Origin: Bacteroidota bacterium
Lineage (GTDB): Bacteria; Bacteroidota; Bacteroidia; NS11-12g; UBA955
Length of the DNA: 42,601 bases
Assembly (NCBI GenBank): GCA_947450015.1
Contig: CANFUB010000001.1
Location: 1 to 42,601 of the forward strand
Reading direction: 5' to 3'
A program made the translations under genes and the position numbers. Below the pieces are notes generated by a model. That model was not told the DNA's origin. It did no database searches and worked only from the letters and a program-made list of their open reading frames with translations. Positions 34,531 to 42,601 of this stretch are shown here, piece by piece; the first letter of the stretch is position 1; each line of letters opens with the position of its first letter.

Positions 34531-34562
34531 CAAAAGTAATAATTAAAACTTACCCCAACAAA
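34531..34562 (-). promoter_or_regulatory. putative promoter for pdhA (TTTG-N20-TACTTTTG)
   Basis: The minus strand reads TACTTTTG at 34531-34538, ending 19 nt upstream of the pdhA ATG. A TTTG at 34559-34562 lies 20 nt upstream of the box. Confidence 0.55.
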
Positions 34563-34565
34563 CAA

Positions 34566-35642
34566 GTGCGAATAAACCACCTATCTTTATACAATTTCAA
34601 GAACCATTCTGAATTAAAAATCGACTTTAATGCGGATATTACTTGTATTACAGGCAAAAATGGCGTTGGTAAAACCAATGTTTTAGATGCCATTTATTTA
34701 TTGAGTACCTGTAAAAGTTATTACAATGCCATTGATTATCAACTTATAAAACATGGTGAGACGCTTTGTGCTGTGAATGCAGATTTTACAAATGGACAGC
34801 AATATGATTTGCAAATGCAGATAGAATCTGGCAAAAAGAAAAAATTAAAAAAGAATGATAAATTTTACGAAAAACTGATAGATCACATTGGATTAATCAA
34901 TTCGGTTATCATTACCCCTGGCGATATTGAGTTAGTATTAGGTCATAGCGAAGACCGTAGACGCTTTATTGATATCTGTATCAGTCAATGCGATCGGGTT
35001 TATTTAAATTGTTTAAGTGAATACAACAAAGTTTTAGAGCAGCGCAATAAACAATTGAAAATATTTGCGCAGCACCGCCATTTCGACGAAATATTATTGG
35101 ATAGTTTCAATTCAAAATTAATACCTGCTGGCAAGTACATCTATGAACAACGCGTTGCAGTATTGGTTAAAATTAATCAATTTTTTAATACCTTTTACCA
35201 AGCCATTACCTCGGGCAACGAAACGGTTGCCTTGCGTTATGAATCTGATTTAAGTGAAAAAGAATTTGAACATCTTTTAAGAGAAAGCACCGACAAGGAT
35301 TTAGCGCTTGAACGCACTTCTAAGGGCGTTCACAAAGACGATTTAGTTTTTGAAATTGATGGATACCCACTTAAAAAGTTTGGTTCAGAAGGCCAAAGCA
35401 AATCATTTATCATTGCTTTAAAACTGGCCCAATACAAATATTTAACAGACGTCTTAAATACCCCTCCTATTTTGTTATTGGATGATTTATTCGAGAAGAT
35501 TGACGAGCAAAGGGCGCAACAATTAATTGATTTAATTAGCACCGAAAAGTTCGGTCAAATAATAATTACCGACACGCATGCCGAAAGGGTAAGAAAACAT
35601 TTTGAAAATGCTTTAAAAAGTATCAATTTCGTAGACTTGTAA
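34566..35642 (+). CDS. recF: DNA replication and repair protein RecF
   Basis: LSLYNFKNH...ITGKNGVGKTNVLDAIY (Walker A), the signature region SEGQSKS and Walker B LLLDDLF. No ATG start exists. GTG at 34566 gives the canonical N-terminus (M)RINHLSLYNF. TTG at 34527 is the longest alternative, but it would overlap the pdhA promoter. Confidence 0.88.
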   Translation: MRINHLSLYNFKNHSELKIDFNADITCITGKNGVGKTNVLDAIYLLSTCKSYYNAIDYQLIKHGETLCAVNADFTNGQQYDLQMQIESGKKKKLKKNDKFYEKLIDHIGLINSVIITPGDIELVLGHSEDRRRFIDICISQCDRVYLNCLSEYNKVLEQRNKQLKIFAQHRHFDEILLDSFNSKLIPAGKYIYEQRVAVLVKINQFFNTFYQAITSGNETVALRYESDLSEKEFEHLLRESTDKDLALERTSKGVHKDDLVFEIDGYPLKKFGSEGQSKSFIIALKLAQYKYLTDVLNTPPILLLDDLFEKIDEQRAQQLIDLISTEKFGQIIITDTHAERVRKHFENALKSINFVDL

Positions 35643-35657
35643 TTGTATACAATTTCT

Positions 35658-35954
35658 ATGAGCAACAAACCCAATCACCAATTTACGATTGCAGAGGCAC
35701 TGCAAAATTTGATGAGCGATAAACGCATCAATAAAGGCATTACCGAAAGCACAATAAAAGAAAAATGGGAAGAAATGATGGGCAAAGTAATAGCACAACA
35801 CACCACCACTATGTATATTAAGGGTAGTGAATTGGTGCTTTATTTTAATTCATCTATTATAAAAAATGAATTCATTTACAACAGAGAAAAGGCCGTTACA
35901 CTGATTAATGACGCTTTGGGATACAATGCCATTACTGATATTGTAATTAAATAA
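35658..35954 (+). CDS. DUF721 domain protein (RecF-associated small protein)
   Basis: 98 aa from the ATG at 35658. Its position directly after recF and the pattern W..IVG..IA.HT....I..G.L.V...S......E resemble DUF721. Confidence 0.65.
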   Translation: MSNKPNHQFTIAEALQNLMSDKRINKGITESTIKEKWEEMMGKVIAQHTTTMYIKGSELVLYFNSSIIKNEFIYNREKAVTLINDALGYNAITDIVIK

Positions 35955-35965
35955 TTTCTTGTTAA

Positions 35966-36607
35966 ATGGCAGATGTTAAATTAAAACCTTTAAGTGCTGG
36001 CTGGCTTTTGGTCATCGTGCATTGTGTTGGATTAATTGGTTTCTTCATACCTCAAACACGTGCCTTGATGAACCGTTTGGTTTGGGTTAATATACTATTT
36101 ACATTTATAGTGCTTTTTTGCTATCACAAAAAATGGACGAAAGAATTTGTTTTTTCAGGTCTATTGGTTGCTTTGATCGGCTATTTACTTGAAGTGATAG
36201 GTGTAAAAACTGGCTACATTTTTGGCTACTATCAATATGGACCCGCCTTGGGTTATGCATTTTGGGACACCCCTTTAATGATGATGGTTAATTGGCTTAC
36301 CATCATTTATATTACGCGCCAAATAGCAGAAATGATTGCGAAAGATGCTTTTTTGGTGAGTATTATTGCTGCTGTATTAATGGTAGCGATGGATTTTTTT
36401 ATCGAACCATTTGCCATAAGACATGGTCTTTGGCAATGGAACAGTGGACATGTGCCTATGCACAATTATGTTGGATGGTTGGTTGCAGGTATTATCATTC
36501 AATATTTATTTATTCGCGCCATTAAATACCCTCCTAACAAATTATCGCTACCTGTTTATCTTATTCAATTGGGATTTTTCTTAATCCTCTATTTTTTAAA
36601 TTTATAG
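35966..36607 (+). CDS. DUF422/carotenoid-biosynthesis-protein-like membrane protein
   Basis: 213 aa with about 6-7 TM helices. The motif GVKTGYIFGYYQYGPALG...TPLMMMVNW resembles the Caroten_synth (DUF422) family. Confidence 0.55.
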   Translation: MADVKLKPLSAGWLLVIVHCVGLIGFFIPQTRALMNRLVWVNILFTFIVLFCYHKKWTKEFVFSGLLVALIGYLLEVIGVKTGYIFGYYQYGPALGYAFWDTPLMMMVNWLTIIYITRQIAEMIAKDAFLVSIIAAVLMVAMDFFIEPFAIRHGLWQWNSGHVPMHNYVGWLVAGIIIQYLFIRAIKYPPNKLSLPVYLIQLGFFLILYFLNL

Positions 36608-36631
36608 TTTAAACACTTAAATAAAAAGGGC

Positions 36632-36670
36632 AAAAAAAAACGCCTTCAGAAATACTGAAGGCGTTTTTTA
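36632..36670. terminator. bidirectional rho-independent terminator between convergent genes
   Basis: A perfect 9-bp GC-rich stem CGCCTTCAG/CTGAAGGCG (36641-36649 pairs with 36655-36663) with a 5-nt loop. It is flanked by an A9 run upstream and a T6 run downstream. Confidence 0.85.
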
Positions 36671-36684
36671 TATTAAAAGTTTTA

Positions 36685-37989
36685 TTATTCAATTACTAAT
36701 TTAGATGAAGATTGGAAACCTTCACCAGCAACATTAACTAAATACATACCATTGCTCAAAGCATTCGTAGAGATAGTGATGTTATTTTTGCCATCAACGA
36801 TTTCAGCATTCATTGTTTTAACAACTTTACCTGACATATCTGTAACAGTAATTACTGCGGTAGTCGCTTTATTAGCAGTCATTGAAAGCACTACTTCTGA
36901 GTTAGCTGCAGCTGGGTTAGGATATGCTTCAACTAAAGTAACTTCTTTGCTAGAATTTTTAACAGCTAAGTTGTTAGTTGTAACGTGGAATCTGAAATAA
37001 GGGAATCTGATAATAGGCAAGTTGTTTCTTGTCCAAGAATAACCGTATAAAGTTGGAGAAGCCAAAGTTGAGTATCTTACGAAATCAACTACGAAAACAC
37101 CATTGTTGTAAATTCTTTTTGAGAATTGACTCTTATAAGTACCTGATGTATCAGAAGGGTAAGAGCTAGGACCAGAAGGATCAGTACAAGCAACATATTG
37201 GAATCTGTTGTGTTTGTTACCAGAAACATTTTTACCAGTGAAACCAACTGTATCGAATGGCTCAACTTTAGGGTAAGATGTACCTGGCTCGTAGTTAAAG
37301 TAGATACCAAACCAGTTAGAACCACCTGTGGTATTGCTACCGTTTACTTTTTCGTTACAAGCAAATTTCATAGAACTGATGTTACCGCCTCTGCTGCTGT
37401 CCAATACACCTAAAGATTGGGTGTATAATTTTTTAACACCTGTACCTGAAGGAATGTTGTTTGCTTTATCATATCCAACTGTTGCAAATGGCTCAGCTAA
37501 ATAGTGAAACATATCAGTATTTTTGAATGCATAGAAATTTACTTTATCCAAAACATTTGGATCCATGTTTTTTCTAGTGTATAAATAATTTAACTCGATT
37601 GAATCCACAATATAAGTTGTGTATTTAGTGGTGTTGTATGGAGCACCTGCATAAATTGGATTTCTTGGATCGAAAATCATACCAGCACCCATTGTTTGAG
37701 GACCGCTATAACCATCTGTGTAAGCAAAATAGATTGCACTATCAGCCCAAATTGCATTTACATTCAAGTTACCTGAAGTGAAATCCAAAGGGAAAGAGTT
37801 AAAAGCAGCAGATGCTTCTGCAGGATCAAACCAACCTGAAGCAGCAGCTCTTTTTATAGTTAGGTTACTTTTTTTAGTTGTTTGAAATAGTGAATTGTTT
37901 TTTGACTCCGTCATCACAGTTGGAGTAGGCACTTGCGCAGTAGCTTTTAAGGCTGTAAGCACGAGTACGAATAATAATACTTTTTTCAT
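36685..37989 (-). CDS. secreted protein with a T9SS type A C-terminal sorting domain; passenger domain uncharacterised
   Basis: A signal peptide (MKKVLLFVLVLTALKATAQ) and a C-terminal 82 aa (VEAYPNPAAANSEVVL...NGMYLVNV...) typical of Por_Secre_tail (coded at 36688-36933). I recognise no motif in the roughly 330-aa passenger. Confidence 0.75.
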   Translation of the reverse strand: MKKVLLFVLVLTALKATAQVPTPTVMTESKNNSLFQTTKKSNLTIKRAAASGWFDPAEASAAFNSFPLDFTSGNLNVNAIWADSAIYFAYTDGYSGPQTMGAGMIFDPRNPIYAGAPYNTTKYTTYIVDSIELNYLYTRKNMDPNVLDKVNFYAFKNTDMFHYLAEPFATVGYDKANNIPSGTGVKKLYTQSLGVLDSSRGGNISSMKFACNEKVNGSNTTGGSNWFGIYFNYEPGTSYPKVEPFDTVGFTGKNVSGNKHNRFQYVACTDPSGPSSYPSDTSGTYKSQFSKRIYNNGVFVVDFVRYSTLASPTLYGYSWTRNNLPIIRFPYFRFHVTTNNLAVKNSSKEVTLVEAYPNPAAANSEVVLSMTANKATTAVITVTDMSGKVVKTMNAEIVDGKNNITISTNALSNGMYLVNVAGEGFQSSSKLVIE

Positions 37990-38014
37990 GATATAAAATT
38001 TTATAATTAATTTT

Positions 38015-38022
38015 CAAAGGTA
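38015..38022 (-). promoter_or_regulatory. putative -7 box (TACCTTTG) for the 434-aa cargo gene
   Basis: The minus strand reads TACCTTTG, ending 25 nt upstream of the ATG at 37989. The nearest TTTG lies 25 nt further upstream, which is long spacing. Confidence 0.4.
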
Positions 38023-38077
38023 ATAAAAAAATGATAATTTAATCACACAAATCAAAAAATTATTTGTCATTAAGCGG

Positions 38078-38770
38078 TCATAAATCGCCTCCCATAGGGC
38101 GGATTAAAATTTCCTCCATCACCATACGCTCTCTGTTGGCAATAGCAAACCAAAGGGTTTCGGCAATATCACTGGCTTTCATGAATCTATTTTCAGGCAA
38201 ATCTGTACCTGCCCAACTATCTGTTAAAGTAGCCCCTGGGAGTATACTTGAAACACTAATTTGATAGGGTATTAATTCTTGTCTTAACACCTTAGAAAAC
38301 CCTAAAAGTGCATGTTTACTAATACAATAACTTCCCCCGTTGATGTAGGGCACTATGCTTGCAGTTGAACACATGTTAAATATATAGCCACTTTTTTTCG
38401 CAATCATAAGTGGCAACAATGCCCTTGTTAAGTGATAAGGTGCTGCCACATTTAACTGCATTTGCAATTCAAAATTACCCTCTGCTTCCTTGTGGATACT
38501 ACCAGGTAAAAACACACCCGCATTGTTTACTAAAACATCAATTTCGGTAACCGAGGCAATTAGCTTTTCGGAAAAAACTTTTACATTGCCCATTGTACTA
38601 AAATCAAGCAAACTAATATCCAATTGGCCTCCAAACTTTTGCTTTAAAGGCGACAATTCACCTTCCGTTCTGGAGACCGTGAAAACCTTGTAATTTTCGT
38701 TCAATAATTTTTCTACTATCGCAAGGCCTATGCCCTTCGAACCACCTGTTACTACAGCAATTTTTTGCAT
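38078..38770 (-). CDS. SDR-family oxidoreductase
   Basis: 230 aa with TGGSKGIG (NAD(P) binding), NNAG and the catalytic YxxxK (YCISK). Confidence 0.88.
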   Translation of the reverse strand: MQKIAVVTGGSKGIGLAIVEKLLNENYKVFTVSRTEGELSPLKQKFGGQLDISLLDFSTMGNVKVFSEKLIASVTEIDVLVNNAGVFLPGSIHKEAEGNFELQMQLNVAAPYHLTRALLPLMIAKKSGYIFNMCSTASIVPYINGGSYCISKHALLGFSKVLRQELIPYQISVSSILPGATLTDSWAGTDLPENRFMKASDIAETLWFAIANRERMVMEEILIRPMGGDL

Positions 38771-38822
38771 GTTTCAAAAATAAGGTTCCTTTGCAGTATA
38801 TTTACACCCTTTTTTAACATTA

Positions 38823-39566
38823 ATGAATTTAAGTTTCTTTTATCATTTTGGAAGGTACCTCATGTTCTTGAGGAGCATGCTATATAGACCTGAAAAAATG
38901 AATGTTTTTTTTCAGCGTTTGTTCGATGAGATGACAAAGATTGGCATTGGTTCATTGCCCATTGTTGCCATTACTTCGCTATTTATTGGTGCAGTTACAA
39001 CCGTCCAAACAGCTTACCAATTGGTTAGTGGATTAATTTCAAAAACTGTCATCGGCACCATCGTTTCGGATAGTACGATGCTGGAATTAGGTCCAACCAT
39101 TACTTGTCTTGTTTTATCTGGTAAAGTAGGTGCTCATATTTCCTCTGAAATTGGCAACATGCGCATAAGTGAACAAATTGATGCTTTGGAAGTGATGGGA
39201 ATTAACGCACCAGGTTATTTGGCTTTACCTAAAATTTTAGCGGGTATCATTATGATCCCTATCTTAAATATTATAGCTATCACCTTGAGTATTTATGGTG
39301 GTTATGTTGCAGGCGAATTATCTGGTATTTTAACACATGAACAATTTGTCGTTGGTGCACAGTCAACTTTCAAAGGCTTTACTTTGTTTTTTAGCATGAT
39401 TAAGGCTTTTACATTTGCGTTCATCATTACATCTGTTAGCAGTTACCAAGGTTATTTTACAAAAGGTGGCGCTTTAGAAGTGGGAGAAAGCAGTACCAAA
39501 GCAGTTGTTTACAGCTCGGTACTCATTTTATTTTTTGATTATTTATTGGCCGAATTATTATTGTAA
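38823..39566 (+). CDS. mlaE: MlaE-family ABC transporter permease
   Basis: 247 aa. Multi-pass, with the MlaE-type conserved region (ISEQIDALEVMGINAPGYLALPKILA). Confidence 0.85.
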   Translation: MNLSFFYHFGRYLMFLRSMLYRPEKMNVFFQRLFDEMTKIGIGSLPIVAITSLFIGAVTTVQTAYQLVSGLISKTVIGTIVSDSTMLELGPTITCLVLSGKVGAHISSEIGNMRISEQIDALEVMGINAPGYLALPKILAGIIMIPILNIIAITLSIYGGYVAGELSGILTHEQFVVGAQSTFKGFTLFFSMIKAFTFAFIITSVSSYQGYFTKGGALEVGESSTKAVVYSSVLILFFDYLLAELLL

Positions 39567-39571
39567 TAGAG

Positions 39572-40309
39572 ATGATTGAATTAATAAACGTCAATAAAAG
39601 TTTTGAGGACAAACAAGTTTTGTTCGATATCAATGCGCAGTTTTTTAGTGGTAAAAATAATTTGATTATTGGTGCCAGCGGTGGCGGTAAAAGTGTGATG
39701 ATGAAGTGCATGGTGGGGCTTGAACGTCCTGAAAGTGGCCATATTGAATTTGATAAACGCGATATGCTTTCGCTCGATGAACAACAATTGCGCGAGGTAA
39801 GACGAGAAATCGGCATGTTGTTTCAAGGCACTGCCTTATTCGATTCACTTACTATCGAACAAAACATAGAATTCCCATTGCGCATGTTTAGCAAAATGAC
39901 TGCGGCCGAAAGACGCGACCGTGTTAATTTTTGTTTGCAGCGTGTGAACTTAGAAAATATTAACAAAAAATTTCCAAGTGAAATTAGCGGGGGTATGAAA
40001 AAACGTGTGGGCATTGCCCGTGCAATTGCCTTAGATATTAAATATTTATTTTGTGATGAGCCTAATAGTGGTCTCGACCCTATTACCTCGCGCCTTATCG
40101 ATGCGCTGATAGACGAGATTACCAAGGAATACGGCATCACCAATATTATCAATAGCCATGATATGAAAACCGTATTTGACATTGGCGATCATATTTTATT
40201 TATGTACAAAGGTGCCAAGCGTTGGGAAGGCAGTCGCCAAGACCTCAGTCACGCTCAAAAAGAAATTAAAGAATTAGACGAATTTATAAAAGCCAGTTAT
40301 TTCCATTAA
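39572..40309 (+). CDS. ABC transporter ATP-binding protein (MlaF-like)
   Basis: Walker A GASGGGKS, signature ISGGMKKR, Walker B LFCDEPNSGLDP. It starts 5 nt after the permease gene. Confidence 0.88.
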   Translation: MIELINVNKSFEDKQVLFDINAQFFSGKNNLIIGASGGGKSVMMKCMVGLERPESGHIEFDKRDMLSLDEQQLREVRREIGMLFQGTALFDSLTIEQNIEFPLRMFSKMTAAERRDRVNFCLQRVNLENINKKFPSEISGGMKKRVGIARAIALDIKYLFCDEPNSGLDPITSRLIDALIDEITKEYGITNIINSHDMKTVFDIGDHILFMYKGAKRWEGSRQDLSHAQKEIKELDEFIKASYFH

Positions 40310-40314
40310 AAAAA

Positions 40315-42456
40315 ATGTTACAGTTAATTAAGAAAGCAGTTCCCGTATTTGTTTTTGCCCTATTACTTCAGTCGCACAAAACCGACGAAGGCATGTTCCC
40401 ACTGAGTCAGTTAAATCAAGTAGATTTTAAAGCAGCAGGGTTCAATATCTCTCAAACCGATGTCTACAATCCAGATGGTGTAGCACTTACCGACGCCTTA
40501 GTACGACTGGGAGGCTGTACAGGTTCATTCGTTTCCAGCGAAGGTCTTATTGTCACCAATCACCACTGTGTTTTCGGATCGGTGGCAGGCGTTAGTAATA
40601 AAGATAATGATTATTTAGAAAACGGTTTTTATGCTTCAGACAAAACCAAAGAGTTAAAAATTGGTTTAACATGTCGTATTACCAAGAGCTATGAAGATGT
40701 TAGTTCTAGGGTATTAGATGGTGTTAAGCCCGATATGCAACCAGCAAAAAAAGGAGAAATTATTGCACAAAATATTGAGTTAATTAGAAGTGTAGAACAG
40801 GCCAAACATCCTGACATGACCATTGAAATTAGTGAAATGTTTGTGGGTTATAGCTACACCTTGTTCCGTTATCAAACCCTCAAAGATGTGCGCTTGGTAT
40901 ACGTACCGCCTCGCACCATTGGTGAGTTTGGTGGAGAAACCGATAATTGGGAATGGCCAAAACACACGGGTGACTTTAGTTTTGTAAGAGCCTATGTGGG
41001 CAAAGATGGCAAACCGGCTGATTACAGTGCCGACAACGTTCCTTATGTTCCTAAAAAGCATTTAACCATTAATCCAAAAGGGACCAAAGAAAAAGACTTG
41101 GTATTTATTTTGGGTTACCCAGGTACCACCTATCGCCATGAGCCATGGCAATTCTTGGAATATCAACAAGAATTTGTTTTGCCATTTATCAGTGAGTGGT
41201 ATGGTTGGAGAATCAACAAAATGGAAGAATTGGGTAAAACCGATCGAGATCGTTATTTAAGATTGGCCGGCACAATTAAAAGTTTGGCCAATACAAAAAA
41301 GAACTTCGAAGGAAAAATGTATGGCTTAAAAGAAACAGGCTTATTAGATACTAAAAAAGATGAGCAAGAGCGATTGCAAAACCAAATGACTGGTAAGCAA
41401 GACACCCGCTTTTTTACCATCATAGATAGTCTTTATGGTAAAAGACTAGCCTCTGCCCAACACGATTTATTACTGAACCGTTTCAACAACGACTGTGGTA
41501 CTTACACAGCTGCGCTAATTATTGAAGCCAATAAAATACCCAAAGAAAAATTACCAAAAGGCAAATTACCAAAGCCAAGTGACACCCTGTTTTGGACCAA
41601 ATGGAAAACAGAGGTCACCAAAATATTGAAAGAAAAATACCGCATAGCCGATAGAGAATTGGATGAAGCCATTTTAGGTGAATTGGTAAAAAGAGGTCAT
41701 AATTTACCACAAGCAGCTAGCATAAATTCTTTAAAAAAGATGAAAGACCCAGCCAAATGGACCATCAAAGCATTCAAAGAAAGTTATTACGATGAGCCAG
41801 CAATGCTTTATAAAATGTTGGATAGTGTGCCATGGTTGGTTTACAAAAACAAGTCACAGATCAGTTTACTTGCAGCGCAAATGCGACCAGAATTGATTCA
41901 GCTTTCGGAATCTCAAACCAAGATGAATGATTTGTTAGATGATCAATTGCCTTTGTTATTGGATGCCAAATTGAAATATGGCAAAAAGAAATTTGTACCC
42001 GATGCCAATAGCACATTGCGTTTTACCTATGGTTATATCAGTGGTTACAAAGAAGGCTTAAACAAGCACAGAGAGCCCTACACACATCGCAAAGAAATAT
42101 TTGACAAGAATGCCACCGACAATGTAGATTACAGATTATCTACACCAGTGCGTGACCTATTAAAAACAGAAGTGATTGCATCGGAGTTGCTAGACCCAAC
42201 GACGAATGATTTGGTGGTTTGCATGCTTTACAATTTAGATACAACTGGCGGCAATAGTGGTAGTCCGGTGATGGATGCCAATGGCAATTTAGTAGGCGTT
42301 AATTTCGACAGAGCTTATACGGCTACCTTAAATGATTATAGTTGGAATGCCGATTACAGTAGAAGTATTGCAGTAGACATTCGCTATGTATTGTTTACGA
42401 TGAAGTATTTGAACCATGCGGATAATTTATTAGCAGAAATGGGCGTGAAATTGTAG
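40315..42456 (+). CDS. S46-family serine peptidase (DPP7/DPP11-type dipeptidyl-peptidase)
   Basis: 713 aa. After a signal peptide come DEGMFPLSQL, the catalytic His (VTNHHC) and Ser (GGNSGSPV) motifs, and the large helical insert typical of S46. Confidence 0.9.
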   Translation: MLQLIKKAVPVFVFALLLQSHKTDEGMFPLSQLNQVDFKAAGFNISQTDVYNPDGVALTDALVRLGGCTGSFVSSEGLIVTNHHCVFGSVAGVSNKDNDYLENGFYASDKTKELKIGLTCRITKSYEDVSSRVLDGVKPDMQPAKKGEIIAQNIELIRSVEQAKHPDMTIEISEMFVGYSYTLFRYQTLKDVRLVYVPPRTIGEFGGETDNWEWPKHTGDFSFVRAYVGKDGKPADYSADNVPYVPKKHLTINPKGTKEKDLVFILGYPGTTYRHEPWQFLEYQQEFVLPFISEWYGWRINKMEELGKTDRDRYLRLAGTIKSLANTKKNFEGKMYGLKETGLLDTKKDEQERLQNQMTGKQDTRFFTIIDSLYGKRLASAQHDLLLNRFNNDCGTYTAALIIEANKIPKEKLPKGKLPKPSDTLFWTKWKTEVTKILKEKYRIADRELDEAILGELVKRGHNLPQAASINSLKKMKDPAKWTIKAFKESYYDEPAMLYKMLDSVPWLVYKNKSQISLLAAQMRPELIQLSESQTKMNDLLDDQLPLLLDAKLKYGKKKFVPDANSTLRFTYGYISGYKEGLNKHREPYTHRKEIFDKNATDNVDYRLSTPVRDLLKTEVIASELLDPTTNDLVVCMLYNLDTTGGNSGSPVMDANGNLVGVNFDRAYTATLNDYSWNADYSRSIAVDIRYVLFTMKYLNHADNLLAEMGVKL

Positions 42457-42460
42457 GTTT

Positions 42461-42490
42461 AAATTAGTCAACCTTATTGACTAATTTTTA
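42461..42490. terminator. hairpin between convergent genes (possible bidirectional terminator)
   Basis: A perfect 10-bp AT-rich stem AATTAGTCAA/TTGACTAATT (42462-42471 pairs with 42477-42486) with a 5-nt loop and T-rich flanks. It overlaps the stop codon of the partial minus-strand ORF. Confidence 0.55.
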
Positions 42491-42601
42491 AATCGTATTG
42501 TCTTCGCCAAATTTTTGTTGGTAGTCGTAGCGCGATTTGTTAATCACTTCATAGGCTTCTTGCTTGCCATACACACTTGTAATTTCAACCGTAGGCACTT
42601 C
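42488..42601 (-). CDS. 3' end of an unidentified gene (partial; continues beyond the window)
   Basis: The minus-strand frame is open from the window edge: EVPTVEITSVYGKQEAYEVINKSRYDYQQKFGEDNTI, then TAA at 42488-42490. It is too short to assign a family. Confidence 0.4.
   Translation of the reverse strand, partial: EVPTVEITSVYGKQEAYEVINKSRYDYQQKFGEDNTI

Noticed and set aside
39523-40182. Several minus-strand ORFs antisense to the MlaF-like ATPase gene. Similar antisense ORFs lie in the LolD-like and adenosyltransferase genes (28855-29988).
   Set aside because: The sense frames carry complete Walker A, signature and Walker B motifs or PduO motifs. The antisense ORFs are chance open frames.
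41548-41573. An 11-nt direct repeat AAATTACCAAA (41548-41558 and 41563-41573) encoding KLPKGKLPK in the S46 peptidase.
   Set aside because: This is a single small in-frame duplication in a variable helical insert. It is too short to be a meaningful repeat element.
1-42601. A window-wide search by eye for CRISPR arrays, tRNA or rRNA genes, IS elements or integrases, toxin-antitoxin pairs, restriction-modification genes or other defence genes, and biosynthetic clusters.
   Set aside because: I found none. Intergenic space is minimal, and every sizeable ORF can be assigned to housekeeping, envelope or T9SS-cargo categories. I therefore do not claim a novel multi-gene system in this window.

Overview
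This is an AT-rich, almost fully coding chromosomal segment that looks like phylum Bacteroidota. Four things support the phylum call: three secreted proteins carry type IX secretion (T9SS) C-terminal sorting domains, TAnnTTTG -7 promoter boxes recur, the families DUF4835, DUF4199, DUF5606 and DUF721 are present, and the gene order bamD-rpoZ-coaBC is kept. About 40 genes are present and most are housekeeping:
- Shikimate pathway: aroK (partial), aroB, aroA.
- DNA metabolism: HU, a RecQ-family helicase, MutS2, RecF, RadC.
- Translation and targeting: Ffh, GatC, RluD.
- Cofactors: CoaC/CoaB, RibH, a PduO-type adenosyltransferase.
- Envelope: BamD, PlsC, MlaE/MlaF-like, a LolD-like ATPase.
- Metabolism: PdhA, an SDR, an FAH-family hydrolase, a PGI/PMI-type isomerase, an S46 dipeptidyl-peptidase.

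The accessory-looking parts are (i) a recQ-coupled block of two glycosyltransferases plus a large polytopic membrane protein at 2848-6461, and (ii) three T9SS cargo genes. These are a 1015-aa PKD-repeat protein with a type A CTD, a 1652-aa PKD/Fn3-like protein with a type B CTD, and a 434-aa protein whose passenger domain I cannot recognise.

I found no CRISPR array, tRNA or rRNA, transposase or integrase, toxin-antitoxin pair or recognisable defence gene. I see no convincing multi-gene novel system, so this reads as an ordinary core region.

The observations most worth a second look:
- coaBC is split by a frame change exactly at the domain linker.
- The recQ paralog has an unusual domain order and is tightly coupled to the glycosyltransferase/membrane-protein block.
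- The type B CTD giant has no adjacent PorP/SprF-like gene.
- Several genes have non-ATG starts forced by in-frame stops.
- The promoter octamer TACTTTTG recurs and helps correct several start codons in the ORF track.

All functional calls come from motif and family recognition by eye; no searches were run.
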